Part shown: one piece after another, positions 51,022-63,690 of the stretch
Layout: every line of letters starts with the position of its first letter
Position numbering within the stretch: the first letter of the stretch is position 1
NCBI GenBank assembly: GCA_040954595.2
Contig: CM082582.2
Span: 2,278,303-2,342,302 of the forward strand
Source: Balanoglossus misakiensis
Lineage: Eukaryota; Animalia; Hemichordata
Reading direction: 5' to 3'
DNA: 64,000 nt
Translations under genes and position numbers: made by a program
Notes under the pieces: model-generated
Databases searched by the model: none
What the model saw: the letters and a program-made list of their open reading frames with translations, nothing else
What the model was told of the DNA's origin: nothing

Positions 51022-51108
51022 AATGCTTTAGCACCTCCAACTGGTCATGCCTTTTAGCACCTCCAACTGGACATGCCTTTTAGCACCTTCAACTGGACAT
51101 GCCTTTTA
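51022..51108. repeat. About three copies of a ~26-27-bp minisatellite
   Basis: atgccttttagcacctccaactggac repeated. Confidence 0.8.
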
Positions 51109-51476
51109 CACCTGGAACTACATTTATGTGGAATTGACTTTTGTTCTGATGGAGGTCTCATGTTCCATGGCTCTAGTCACTTCATGCATTTCAATACATT
51201 TTTGACAGGCGGATACAACTGGTCGAGAATTCTATGATCACAGTATTACATTGGTAAAGTAAATCTGATAAGTTCTAGAGAACAGAAAATTCCTCAAAGT
51301 TGTTTTGTTTTTCTGATGAGACGGTTGTTTTACCACACAAGCATTCAACCAGTTGAGGCTAGAGCATACTTTAGCAGGAAAAAATGTTACATATATTACC
51401 TTGTTATAACTCCTGGCAAGCATTGGATAATTGAACGGCTGTCCTGAGCTGGTGCGACTTGATGCGTTGTGCCACA

Positions 51477-54400
51477 GATGATGATGATGATAGATAGTTT
51501 ATTTCACCAGAAAGATGCATTTTACATAACTGGTGCGGACCAGGGAAGTAGTTCTAGTGGAACTAGTCGTGTCCCTGGCCCTAAATACATACAAATCATT
51601 GAAACAATTAATATAATTGCCAATTCATATCACAAAACAATAGTTGGTAGTCAAACAACGCGGTGACAAAGTAAACAGGTTTATAAAAGAGGTTAAATTA
51701 ATCTATGCTCAACAGATACATTTTCAGAGAGCTTTTAAATAAATTCCTTGATTGAATTGATTTTATTTGTGTAGGAATTTCATTCCAATGCTTGGCAATA
51801 GAATAGTATAAATTATTTTGAGATGAAGTAAGTTTTACTTTGGGAAGCGTAAACTTATCAGTAGAGGCAAATCTTGTAAAATATTTGTGTGATACAAATG
51901 AAGCATAGCGATCTAGTGAGTGGGCGTAATGCCCTGCCTTTAGATCATACGCAAAAACACAAGTTTGAAATTTACAGAGTTTGTAAACATTAAGAATTCC
52001 AAGTTGCTGAAAAAGTGGTGCACTATGTGTATTGGGGTTAGAAAATGTTATAAGTCTTACAAGTCTCTTTTGCAATTTGAAAATACAATCTAAATAGGTT
52101 TTATACGCATTTCCCCATATTTCGCTACAATACATTATATGGGGAAGGATAAGACAATTGTATAATAATAAAATTATAGACTTAGGGAGATAATGGCGTA
52201 CATATGAAATAATACCGATTTTTTGGCTAACCTTCTTTAAAATAATGTTGATGTGAGACTTCCAGGATAATGATGAGTCAAGAGTAACTCCAAGATAAAC
52301 AGCAGATGAAACATTTTGTATTGGTAAATCAGAGACATATAAATCCCCCTCAGGATTAAATTTTGCCTGGGCTGTTTTGAAAATAACATAGTTTGTTTTG
52401 TCAATATTAATAGTAAGTTTATTTGACTTACACCAGGTCTGTACTTTAGTTAGCTAAACATTCAGAGTGGCAAGATCGATTTTGTCCTGCTTATCTGAAC
52501 AAAATAAATTGGTATCATCTTCAAATAACCTGAATTGAAAATAGTCTGAGGACCTGCAGATATCATTTATATATACTAGAAAAAGAAGTGGACCTAGAAT
52601 TGATCCCTGTGGAATCCCACAGGAGATCCTTTTCACTTTTGAAGTATAATTATTGACCTTGACATACTGTTGTCGGTCTTCTATATAAGTCTTAAACCAA
52701 TTAAGTGTGGATCCCCTAATCCCATAGTGGCATAGCTTAGCTAACAAAATTGTGTGGTTAATCGTATCAAATGCCTTTTTAAAATCAATAAAGATACCAA
52801 AGGTAACAAGACCGTTATCAATGTGCTTTGATATTTCAGTTGTGAGATCTGCTAAAGCTAACTTAGTACTATATTTCTTACGAAATCCATATTGGCTGTT
52901 AGTGAGAATATCAAATTTTTCGAAAAAAGAACACAGTTGCTTATTTACAATAGACTCATACAGCTTACTAAAGATTGGCAAGACAGAGATAGGTCTGTAA
53001 TTTCCTATTTCATGAACACAACCCTTTTTAAAAATTGGTGTTACTCTTGCCATTTTCAGTTTCTCTGGAAAAATACCCTGTGGCAAGGAAATATTAACAA
53101 TATGAGCAAATGGTTCTGTAATATAATCAGCTGCTTCCTTTACAAGTTTTGGATATATTTCATCAAAACCAGCAGCTTTACAATGGTCTAATAAATTAAT
53201 TTCTCTGAGTATATCACCAGAATGCACAGGATGGAAAAAGAACGAATTAAAATGACGAATACCAAGGTAATCATTGAAATTAGTGCTACAATGTATTTGT
53301 GATGCTAGATTTTGTCCAATGTTGACAAAAAAAGAATTAAAAGCGTCAGCTATATCAATATTTTTAGTAACAAAATTCCCAGGGTTTTTGTCATCTTTTA
53401 TTTTTTGTGGAGCATTAACCTTTGAATTTTTGTTCAGGATTTCATTGATGACTTGCCATTTTTTGTGGTCCTTCCCAGAGGCTACAGACAGTTGCAATTT
53501 ATCACAAAAATACTTCTTTTTTGCTCGTCGCATCAGCTTTGTTAACAGGTTGCGATAAAGTTTGTACTCTTGATGAATAGATGAGCTTGCAGAATGGCGT
53601 TTTGTTTTGGAGAACATCTTATGCTTGTTTTTAATTGAGACCAGAAGTCCTTTTGTGATCCATGGTTTCCGTAAGCGCTTACGCTGGTTTGAACACCGTT
53701 TGACTGGCACGTGTCTTGTTGCCATATCATGAAACAATTTGTAAAAGGTATTATAGGCAACATTCGGATCATTAGAGTCGTAAACATCCTGCCAAGAAAT
53801 ATTTGCAAAGTCATTTTTATAAGAAACTGGATCAAATGAAGAAAAATCACACTTGAAATCAGTTGTTTCAACATTGAATACATGGCGTAAATCCTTAAAG
53901 ATGGCAAAGATGGGATAATGGTCACTTATATCAGTCTGTATTATAACACACCATGCAGCGAACCCTCGATCGTGATTCGTCAATACGACGTCACGTGACA
54001 TTAGTCATTTCGAACTGTTGCCTAGGGCATCAGTTCGATCGGTTTGGTGTGTTATAAAACACATGATGACTGACATATTCGGGCAACAGTGTATTTTTAA
54101 TGACCTCGGGACTGCCAGTCACACCAAAACAGTCTGTTTCCCTCGGGCTATGCCCTCGGGAAACAAGACTGTTTTAGTTGTGACTAGCAGCACCTCGGTC
54201 ATCAAAATACACTGTTGCCCTCATTGTCAGTCATCATGTGTATACTGTCTCACTTTCAATGAACTGGTCACGAAAATTTACATGACAATGATCTATTAAT
54301 GTGTAGCGATATATTCATTAAAGACAGTGTTATCGCCATCTATATTTATATTGAAATCCCCTAGTAAAACACATTTTTTGTTGGTAATGCGTAGATTATC

Positions 54401-55410
54401 AAGACAATCTGATAAACTGGTTAAAAATTCCTGAGTAGGTGTATTTGGTCTGCGATATATGACACCTATGATGACCTTGCTTTTTTCAAGTAGGATTTCA
54501 ACAAAAAGACATTCGCAATGTTGGAGAACAACTGAGTCTATTATAGAGTATGATAACGACTCGTGTAAATAGAGACCAACACCTCCTCCTCTGGAAACAG
54601 CTCTACATTTATGAACAAAGTTGTATGAAGGGAGGTTATATAATGATGCATCAACACCTGGGTCTAGCCATGTTTCACTGAGGGCAATGACAGAAAATTT
54701 GCATTTCAATAGCGACAGAACAACTGACAAGTCATCAAAGTGACGTCTGATCGATCTAATATTCAAATGAAGAGTTGAAAATGACTGCAGAGTCAGAAGG
54801 GAATCGTTTGCATTAAATTCGTCCAAAGTATAAGACTTACAATTATAGTTACTTTGCAAGAAGTGGTCTGTGGTTTCGCCGATGATGAGTTTGCTTGTAC
54901 ACTATGATGTAGTAGTTAAAGGACGCCTAGCAAATTTTGGGGAAACTTTCCTCATTCGGAATGTAGACAGTTGGTGACCCGTCGACTTTCTTTGTCAGGA
55001 TTTTTCCGTATTGCGTCCACAAGTATTTCCATCCATATTCTTTTCTTCTGGCATTTACCTTTGTGAATAAAGATCTTCGTCCTGGTGTCAGATTTTCGTT
55101 GATGTATATCTTGTTTTCTACTTGGTAGCCAATGTCCGATGTTTTGAAGCGAGACATATTTTTGCGTTGCTTGTAGACCGCGTCACGAATTTTTCTTCTG
55201 GTGAAACGCACATAATTGCGGCAGGAAACCGGGTATTGGTACCGTGGTCAATGTGTTCATTGCCGAGTGCTTGACGTTTCTTGATTCGATGTGACACGTC
55301 AATATCTGAACTGGTTATGTCTTTTTCTATGAGTTGGATGACTTTCAGGGCTACTGTATCAGTATTTTCATTTGGCAATTCTGGTATGCCTCTTATTTCA
55401 AGATACACCT
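51477..55410 (-). mobile_element. Near-full-length, degenerate CR1/L2-group LINE (ORF1 fragment plus APE-RT ORF2), same family as 47471-49361
   Basis: ORF1 pieces 54927-55408 (LEIRGIPE, DIDVSHR, IYINENLT). APE 54296-54859 (HLNIRS, LSETWL, GDFN). RT 52454-53940 with FADD changed to FEDD and a stop at 52454. 3'UTR essentially identical to the other copy. Confidence 0.9.
53945..54243. mobile_element. Palindromic non-autonomous insertion (Crypton-like by architecture) in the LINE endonuclease domain
   Basis: ~80-bp imperfect arms around ccctcgggctatgccctcggg. Removal rejoins TLIDHCHVN... to ...IQTDISDHYP. tata at both junctions. Confidence 0.7.
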
Positions 55411-56630
55411 ACGAACCTCTCAATTTAACCAAGCTATGCATTTCTCGACCAAGCATACAAAATTAAACAATATGCGTTGTAACACACCAAAGCGGTAGAG
55501 TCCAGGACTGAACCAAGAGCACAGAGAATTTAAATGTTTAAATCAATTACTACTTAGAGAGAAATCATGGCTTAATCTCAGTTCAAATTGCATATTAGTG
55601 CTGAACGTCCACTTTAGCTTAGACATCGCAACCATTAGCATGAAGCCCGAGTAATTAGTCAGCTATGTGAAAAATACAGTGTTTCAAACTTTTAAGATTT
55701 TTAAAATTTTGTTGGTGACCCTTCCATGTTGCTATGCTCAACTTCGCCTTTGAAACCCAAAATGCATAACGGCAACAGAATCCAATGGTTTGAATGATGG
55801 CTTCTCGCTCTTACTGTTAGACAGTAATACCGCAATGCATTGTGGTAACAGTATCCAGCGGTATCCACAAAGGATTCTGAAATGTATTCTCAAATACCAA
55901 AGATTTGTGGATACTGTGAGAATCCATTGTATATTCTTATGCTGGATACCATCTAGAGGATATCGAAGGATTCTCTGTGGATTCCATTGTATATTGTAAG
56001 AATCCATCAAAATGGATTCTGTTGTAACTCGATGGATACGGAACATTTCACACAGTGAAAACTTGTGCACATGTAAAGTGGGAAAGAATATTTTGACACA
56101 TGACTTATGGATATCATATGTATAAACTTGCAGCAAGTTATTTGTAATGTCAATGGAAGAAAGAACAGGACGAAGATACTTTAGCCATCGCCCAAGAAAT
56201 CTTATCATCTTACTGTTAAACACCGCATACCTAAATAGAGAATAATGTATATGTATTACACGAAAAATTAAACTGTATTTACTAAGTGAACATCTACAAG
56301 AAAAGTAATTGCTGTTAGAAATTAGCAAATGGTTATTTCGAGTATAACACGCAACCGGCCCGGGCGACGATGCATTTCAAGGCTCAGGTAGCCAGAGCCT
56401 ATCGCAACACAGTAAGTGCACGATATGTGCACACATGGATATTTCTCTGTCAATTAATGTGCAGTTGCGCTATATGCTAACAGAGAGGTCCCAAAATAGG
56501 CGGACATGATTTCAGAGATGCTAGTTCATTAAATCTTTATCGAAGCTTCTCCATGCAACTGGAAAACATCTTTGTTAGGGTTTCGAGACCCTCTGGTCTC
56601 GAAACCCTCTTGAAATCGTGTTGTTTTTTA

Positions 56631-59547
56631 TTAGGGCACAAGCCCAGCAGGCTTGTGCCCTATTGTTTTTACTGGAGTTTTTAGGGCCCAAGCCCAGCAG
56701 GCTTGGGCCCTATTGGTATTACTGGGGTTTTTCTTCTACTTCTTCTTCTTTTTCTTCTTCTGTCATTTTCTTTGGCGAGGTAGATCTGGAAAACTGCTAA
56801 ACCTACCAATTTCAAACTTGGCACAATGGTGCAGGCCAATGAGAGCTAGTGCAGTACCCTTGTGAATGTTTAATTAGTCACGTGACCTGATGACCATATA
56901 TGGGCAAAATTTTCAAATCCGCCTTATTTGCATATGAATGGAGATATCACAATTCTTTTAGCAACTTTTGCCGACCATGTGGTCAGTGTCCTACATGCCA
57001 AATGTCAAGGCCATTGGCCATGCCAATTTTGAGAAGAAGATTTTTAAGTATTATTTTCCATATTTTTTGACCAAGCCATGGGCCTATACTTTACATAGTA
57101 AAGCTATGACCACATATTATTTTGGATAAATATGCATACATATCTCAAAATCTGTTAGGCCGATCATCTCCAACTTTGGTGTGCAGCAAGCCTAGCATTT
57201 GTCAATAATTTTAAGCAGAAAAAAATAATATGAAAAATCGACAGATTTTTTTATATTAATTTGTTTATTAAATTTATACCTTTGCTTATACCTCTATGGT
57301 TAAGCTATGTCCATGTCTTATTGTGGAATTCTGGTCAGTGCGATAGTCCTGTACAGTGAGTGTCTATTGGTCAGTGAGCACAATGGCACCAAAATAAAAG
57401 GCAAAATTTTAGGCTCACCTGTAACACCTGCTTAACTCATTAATTATGTGCATACCTAATTCTGGGCTAACTAAGAGGGCTAGAGGTTTCGTTCTTGTGG
57501 GACATGGACCAGTACAGGGTCAAAATTTCTTGCCCAAATTTGGGGTGAACTCAGGTGACCTTTGACCTACTTTACCAGATCTTGGCATCGAGAGCAGGTA
57601 CAGACTTGGCGTTTGGAGGGTTGGGACTAAAATTGAAAAGCCAAATTGGGGGGTCACCTGTGACACCTGCCTACCTCATTAATTATGTGCATACCTAATT
57701 CCAGGCTAACCAATAGGGCTATAGGTTTGGTTTTTGATGAACATGGACCAGTATAGGGTCAAAATTTCTCGCCCAAATTTTGCATGACCTCAGGTGACCT
57801 TTGACCTTCTTTTCCATATCTTGGCATCCAGAGCAGATATGCTTATTGCTATGTTGCTATGTGTTATGTTGGCTTGGGCCCGCCATTGCTGCTTGCAGCT
57901 ATATTTCTTCTTCTTCTTCTTCTTCTTGTGCCGTTTTTTTCGTCAAGTACATCTTGAAAACGGCTGAACCTACAAATCTCAAACTTGGTACAATGGTGCA
58001 GGCCAATGAGAGCATGAGCTGTACCCTTGTGAATGTTTGATAAGTCATGTGACCTGATGACCATATATGGGCAAAATTTTCAAATTGGCCTTATTTGTAT
58101 ATGAATGGAGATATCAAAATTCTTTTAGCAACTTTTGCGGACCATGTGGTCAGTGTCCTACATGCCAAATGTCAAGGCCATTAGCCATGCCAATTTTGAG
58201 AAGAAGATTTTTAAGTATTATTTTTCATATTTTTTCACCAAGCCATTGGCCTATACTTTCCATAGTAAAGCTATGACCACATATTATTTTGGATAAATAT
58301 GCATACATATCTCAAAATCTGTTGGGCCGATCATCTCCAACTTTGGTGTGCAGCTAGTCTAGCATTTGTCAATAATTTTAAGCGGAAAAAAATAATATGA
58401 AAAATCGACCGATTTTTTTATATTAATTTTTTTATTAAATTTATACCTTTACTTATACCTCTATGGTTAAGCTATGTCCATGTCTTATTGTGGAATACTG
58501 GTCAGTGCAATAGTCCTGTACGGTGACTGTCTTTTGGTCAGTGAGCACAATGGCACCAAAATAAAAGGCACAATTTTAGGCTCACCTGTAACACCTGCTT
58601 AACTCATTAATTATGTGCATACCTAATTCTGGGCTAACTAAGAGGGCTAGAGGTTTCGTTCTTGTGGGACATGGACCAGTATAGGGTCAAAATTTCTTGC
58701 CCAAATTTGGGGTGACCTCAGGTGACCTTTGACCTACTTTCCTATATCTCGGCATCCAGAGCAGGTACAGACTTGGCGTTTGGAGGGTTGGGACTAAAAT
58801 TGAAAAGCCAAAATAGGGGTCACCTGTGACACCTGCATATCTCATTAATTATGTGCATACCTAATTCCAGGCTAACCAGTAGAGCTATAGGTTTGGTTTT
58901 TGTTGAACATGGACCATTATAGGGTCAAAATTTCTTGCCCAAATTTCGCATGACCTCAGGTGACCTTTGACCTACTTTACCATATCTTGGCATCCAGAGC
59001 AGGTACAGACTTGGCGTTTGGAGGGTTGGGATTAAAATTGAAAAGCCGAATTGGCGCTCACCTGTGTCACCTGCATATCTCATTAATTATGTGCATACCT
59101 AATTCCAGGCTAACCAATAGAGCTATAGGTTTGGTTTTTATTGAACATGGACCAGTATAGGGTCAAAATTTCTTGCCCAAATTTTGCATGACCTCAGGTG
59201 ACCTTTGACCTACTTTACCAGATCTCGGCATCCAGAGCAGGTACAGGCTTGGCGTTTGGAGGGTTGGGACTAAAATTGGAAAGCCAAATTGGGGGTCAGT
59301 TGTGACACCTGCCTACCTCATTAATTATGTGCATACCTAATTCCAGGCTAACCAATAGGGCCTTAGGTTTGGTTTTTGTTGAACATGGACCAGTATAGGG
59401 TCAACATTTCTTGCCCAAATTTTGCATGAACTCAGTTGACCTTTGACCTACTTTACCATATCTTGACATCCAGAGTAGATATGCTTATTGCTATGTTGCT
59501 ATGTGCTATGTTGGCTTGGGCCCGCTATTGCTGCTTGCAGCTATATT
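56631..59547 (+). mobile_element. Nested non-autonomous Helentron (element B)
   Basis: Left hairpin agggcacaagc-ccagcag-gcttgtgccct. Body resumes at ~57906. Right end gcttgggcccgctattgctgcttgcagctatatt. Confidence 0.8.
56681..57905 (+). mobile_element. Innermost complete non-autonomous Helentron (element A, ~1.2 kb)
   Basis: Left hairpin agggcccaagc-ccagcag-gcttgggccct, (CTT)n, two internal repeats, right end gcttgggcccgccattgctgcttgcagctatatt. Confidence 0.85.
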
Positions 59548-60054
59548 TATTATTATTATTATTATTATTCTTCTTCCCACTCTTAAAAACAGCCGCTATT
59601 CGAAGACCGTTGCACCCAATGACTTGAAATTTGGCTCATAGGTAAAACTCAAAGCAAGTAATTTTCTGATCATGTAACTATGGCAACAGGTCACATGACC
59701 TGGCAGCCATCTTGGATTGAAAGTTTAAAATTGATCTCATTTGCATAAAAAATGACGAATCAAAATTCTTTGAACAAACTTTGTGGACCATATGGCCAGG
59801 GTCCTATATGCAAAATTTCAATGTTCAAGTCTTTGCCGATTTTGAGGAGATGATTTTTAAAGCATTATTTTTCATATTTTTCAAGACCATTGGACCCAGC
59901 CTTAGGCCTATACTTTCCATAGTTAAGCTATGGCCACCTAGGATCTTAGATTTATGCCCAATATCTCAACATCCGCTGGGCTGATCAGCTTCAAATTTAT
60001 TGTGCAGCTAGCCTACCTTCCAACAATCAGTTCCAACTGGAAAAAATAATATGA

Positions 60055-61228
60055 AATATAGCTGCAAGCAGCGATGACGGGCCCAAGCTTAAGCCGAAGG
60101 TCAGAGGTCATAAGTGGTCACCCAAAATTTGGGCAAGAAATTTTGACCCCATACTGGTCCGTGTCCCACAAGAACAAAATCTCTAGCCCTATTGGTTCGC
60201 CTACAATTATGTATGTGCATAATTAATGAGGTAAAGTGTAAGGCTCCATCAGGAGTTCCATCCCTCCAAATGCCAAGGCTGTAGCTGCTGTGCATGCCGA
60301 GATATGATAAAGTAGGTCAAAGGTCACCTGAGGTCACCCAAAATTTGGGCAAGAAATTTTGACCCCATACTGGTCCATGTTCAACAAAAACCAAACCTAT
60401 AACCCTATTGGTTGGCCTGGAATTAGGTATGCACATAATTAATGAGATAAGCAGGTGTCACAGGTGACCCCCAATTTTGGCTTTTAAATTTTAGTCCCAA
60501 CCCTCCAAACGCCAAGTCTGTACCTTCTGTGGATGCCGAGATATATGAAAGTAGGTCAAAGGTCACCTGAGGTCACCCAAAATTTGGGCAATTTTTTTTT
60601 ACCCTATACTGGTCCATGTCCCACAAGCACAAAACCTCTAGCCCTATTAGTTAGCCCAGAATTAGGTATGCACATAATTAATGAGTTAAGCAGGTGTTAC
60701 AGGTGAGCCCAAAATTTTGCCTTTTATTTTGGTCCCATTTTGCTCACGGGCCAATAGAGAGTCACAGTATAGGACCATTGCACAGATGTGGACATAGCAT
60801 CATAGCTTAACTATAGAAAGTATAGGCCTATGGCTGGGTCCAAAAAATATGAAATATAATATTTACAAATCTTCTTCTCAAAATTGACTTGGCCCAGAGC
60901 CTTGAAATTTGGCATGTAGGACACTGACCATATGGTCCGCAAAATGATTTCACAGAATTTTGATATCGTCATTCATATGCAAATTAGGCCCATTTGAAAA
61001 CTTTGCCCATATATGGTCATCAGGTCACATGACTAATTAAACATTCACAGGGATACTGCACCAGCTCTCATAGGCCTGCACCATTGTGCCAAGTTTGAGA
61101 TTTGTAGGTTCAGCCGTTTTCAAGATCTACCTGAGCAAAAAAACTACACAAGAAAAAAAAAAAAAAAAAAAAGATGAAAAACCCCAGTAATACCAATAGG
61201 GCACAAGCCTGCTTGGCTTGTGCCCTAA
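60055..61228 (-). mobile_element. Inverted complete non-autonomous Helentron (element D)
   Basis: Both termini present in reverse. Removal restores aataatatgaaaaatcgaccg as seen uninterrupted at ~58392-58411. Confidence 0.85.
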
Positions 61229-61389
61229 AAATCGACCGATTTTTTTATATTAATTTTTTTATGAAATCTATACCTATACGTATTCCACTATAGTTAAGCT
61301 ATGGCCAAGTCGTTTTGTAGAATTGTGGTTGGTGCAATAGTCCTATCGGCCAGTGTGCAGCATAGGACCACAAAAAGAAGCCAAATTAA

Positions 61390-63690
61390 TTCAAGGGTCA
61401 CCTGTGACACCTGCCTAACTCATTAATTATGTGCATACCTAATTCGAGGCAAACCAATAGGGCTACAGGTCTGATTTTTGTTAGACATGGACCAGTATGG
61501 GGTCAAATTATCCCCCAAAATTTGGGGTGACCTTGAGTGACCTTTGACCTTCTTCCGCATATCTCGGCATCCAGAGCAGGTACAGCTTAGGTGTTTGGGT
61601 GGATGGTACCAAAATAAGAAGCCAAATTCAAGGGTCACCTGTGACACCTGCCTAACTCATTAATTATGTGCATACCTAATTCGAGGCAAACCAATAGGGC
61701 TACAGGTCTGATTTTTGTTAGACATGGACCAGTATGGGGTCAAATTATCCCCCAAAATTTGGGGTGACCTTGAGTGACCTTTGACCTTCTTCCGCATATC
61801 TCGGCATCCAGAGCAGGTACAGCTTAGGTGTTTGGGTGGATGGTACCAAAATAACAAGCCAAATTCAAGGGTCACCTGTGACACCTGCCTAACTCATTAA
61901 TTATGTGCATACCTAATTCCAGGCAAACCAATAGGGCTACAGGTCTGATTTTTGTTGGACATGAACCAGTATGGGGTCAAATTATCCCCCAAAATTTGGG
62001 GTGACCTTGAGTGACCTTTGACCTTCTTCCGCATATCTCGGCATCCAGAGCAGGTACAGCTTAGGTGTTTGGGTGGATGGTACCAAAATAAGAAGCCAAA
62101 TTCAAGGGTCACCTGTGACACCTGCCTAACTCATTAATTATGTGCATACCTAATTCCAGGCAAACCAATAGGGCTACAGGTCTGATTTTTGTTGGACATG
62201 AACCAGTATGGGGTCAAATTATCCCCCAAAATTTGGGGTGACCTTGGGTGACCTTTGACCTACTTCCTCATATCTCGGCATTTACAGCAGGTACAGCTTA
62301 GGTGTTTGGGTGGATGGTACCAAAATAAGAAGCCAAAATTTAGGGTCACCTGTGACACCTGCCTAACTCATTAATTATGTGCATACCTAATTCTAGGCGA
62401 ACCAAGGGGGCTACAGGTCTGGTGTTTGTTGGATATGTACCACTATGGGGTCAAATGTTTTTGCCCACATTTTGGGTGACCTTGGGTGACCTTTGACCTA
62501 CTTCCTCATATCGCGGCATCCAGAGCAGGTACAGCTTAGGTGTTTGGGTGGATGGTACCAAAATAAGAAGCCACAATTTAGGGTCACCTGTGACACCTGC
62601 ATAACTCATTAATTATGTGCAAACCTAATTCCAGCCAAACTAACAGGGCTACAGGTCTGATTTTTGTTGGACATGAACCAGTATGGGGTCAAATTATCCC
62701 CCAAAATTTGGGGTGACCTTGGGTGACCTTTGACCTACTTCCTCATATCTCGGCATTTACAGCAGGTACAGCTTAGGTGTTTGGGTGGATGGTACCAAAA
62801 TAAGAAGCCAAAATTTAGGGTCACCTGTGACACCTGCCTAACTCATTAATTATGTGCATACCTAATTCTAGGCGAACCAAGGGGGCTACAGGTCTGGTGT
62901 TTGTTGGATATGTACCACTATGGGGTCAAATGTTTTTGCCCACATTTTGGGTGACCTTGGGTGACCTTTGACCTACTTCCTCATATCGCGGCATCCAGAG
63001 CAGGTACAGCTTAGGTGTTTGGGTGGATGGTACCAAAATAAGAAGCCACAATTTAGGGTCACCTGTGACACCTGCATAACTCATTAATTATGTGCAAACC
63101 TAATTCCAGCCAAACTAACAGGGCTACAGGTCTTGTGTTTGTTGGATATGTACCACTAGGGGATCAAATTGTTTTGCCCAAATTTTGGGGTGACCTTGGG
63201 TGACCTTTGACCTACTTCCACATATCTCAGCATCTACAGCAGGTACAGCTTAGGTGTTTGGGTGGATGGAACCAAAATAAGAAGCCAAAATTTAGGGTCA
63301 CCTGTGACACCTGCCTTACTCATTAATTATGTGCATACCTAATTCCAGGCGAACTAACAGGACTACAGGTCTGGTGTTTGTTGGACATGGACCAGTATGG
63401 GGTCAAATTTCCCCCCCAAATTTCGGGTGACCTTGGGTGACCTTTGACCTACTTCCGCATATCTCGGCATCCACAGCAGGTACAGCTTAGGTGTTTGGGA
63501 GGATGGTACCAAAATAAGTAGCCAAAATTTAGGACCACCTGTGACACCTGCCTAACTATGTGCATAACTAAGTACACACAAACCAATAGGGCTAGATGTG
63601 TGGTTTTTATTGGACATGGACCAATATAGTGTCAAAGTTTTCTGCTCATATTTAGGGTGACCTCACATGACGTTTGACCAACTTTCCCAC
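61390..63690. repeat. 237-238-bp satellite array (~9.5 units) derived from the Helentron internal repeat
   Basis: gggtcacctgtgacacc recurs at ~61395, 61631, 61869, 62106, 62343, 62581, 62818, 63057, 63295 and, degenerate, at 63532. Confidence 0.95.

Larger units (their letters stand above)
50201..56057. mobile_element. Non-autonomous CACTG-ended (CACTA/EnSpm-like) element carrying a LINE
   Basis: TIRs CACTGTGTGAAAT (50201) and ATTTCACACAGTG (to 56057), aaa on both flanks, dense subterminal ggattc/gaatcc motifs at 50215-50445 and 55850-56045. Confidence 0.75.

Noticed and set aside
53945-54001. N-terminus of the 515-aa ORF (MSRDVVLTNHDRG...)
   Set aside because: Derived from the inserted palindromic element, not from LINE ORF2.
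61423-62121. Three near-identical 74-aa ORFs
   Set aside because: By-products of the 237-bp non-coding satellite period, with no protein motif.
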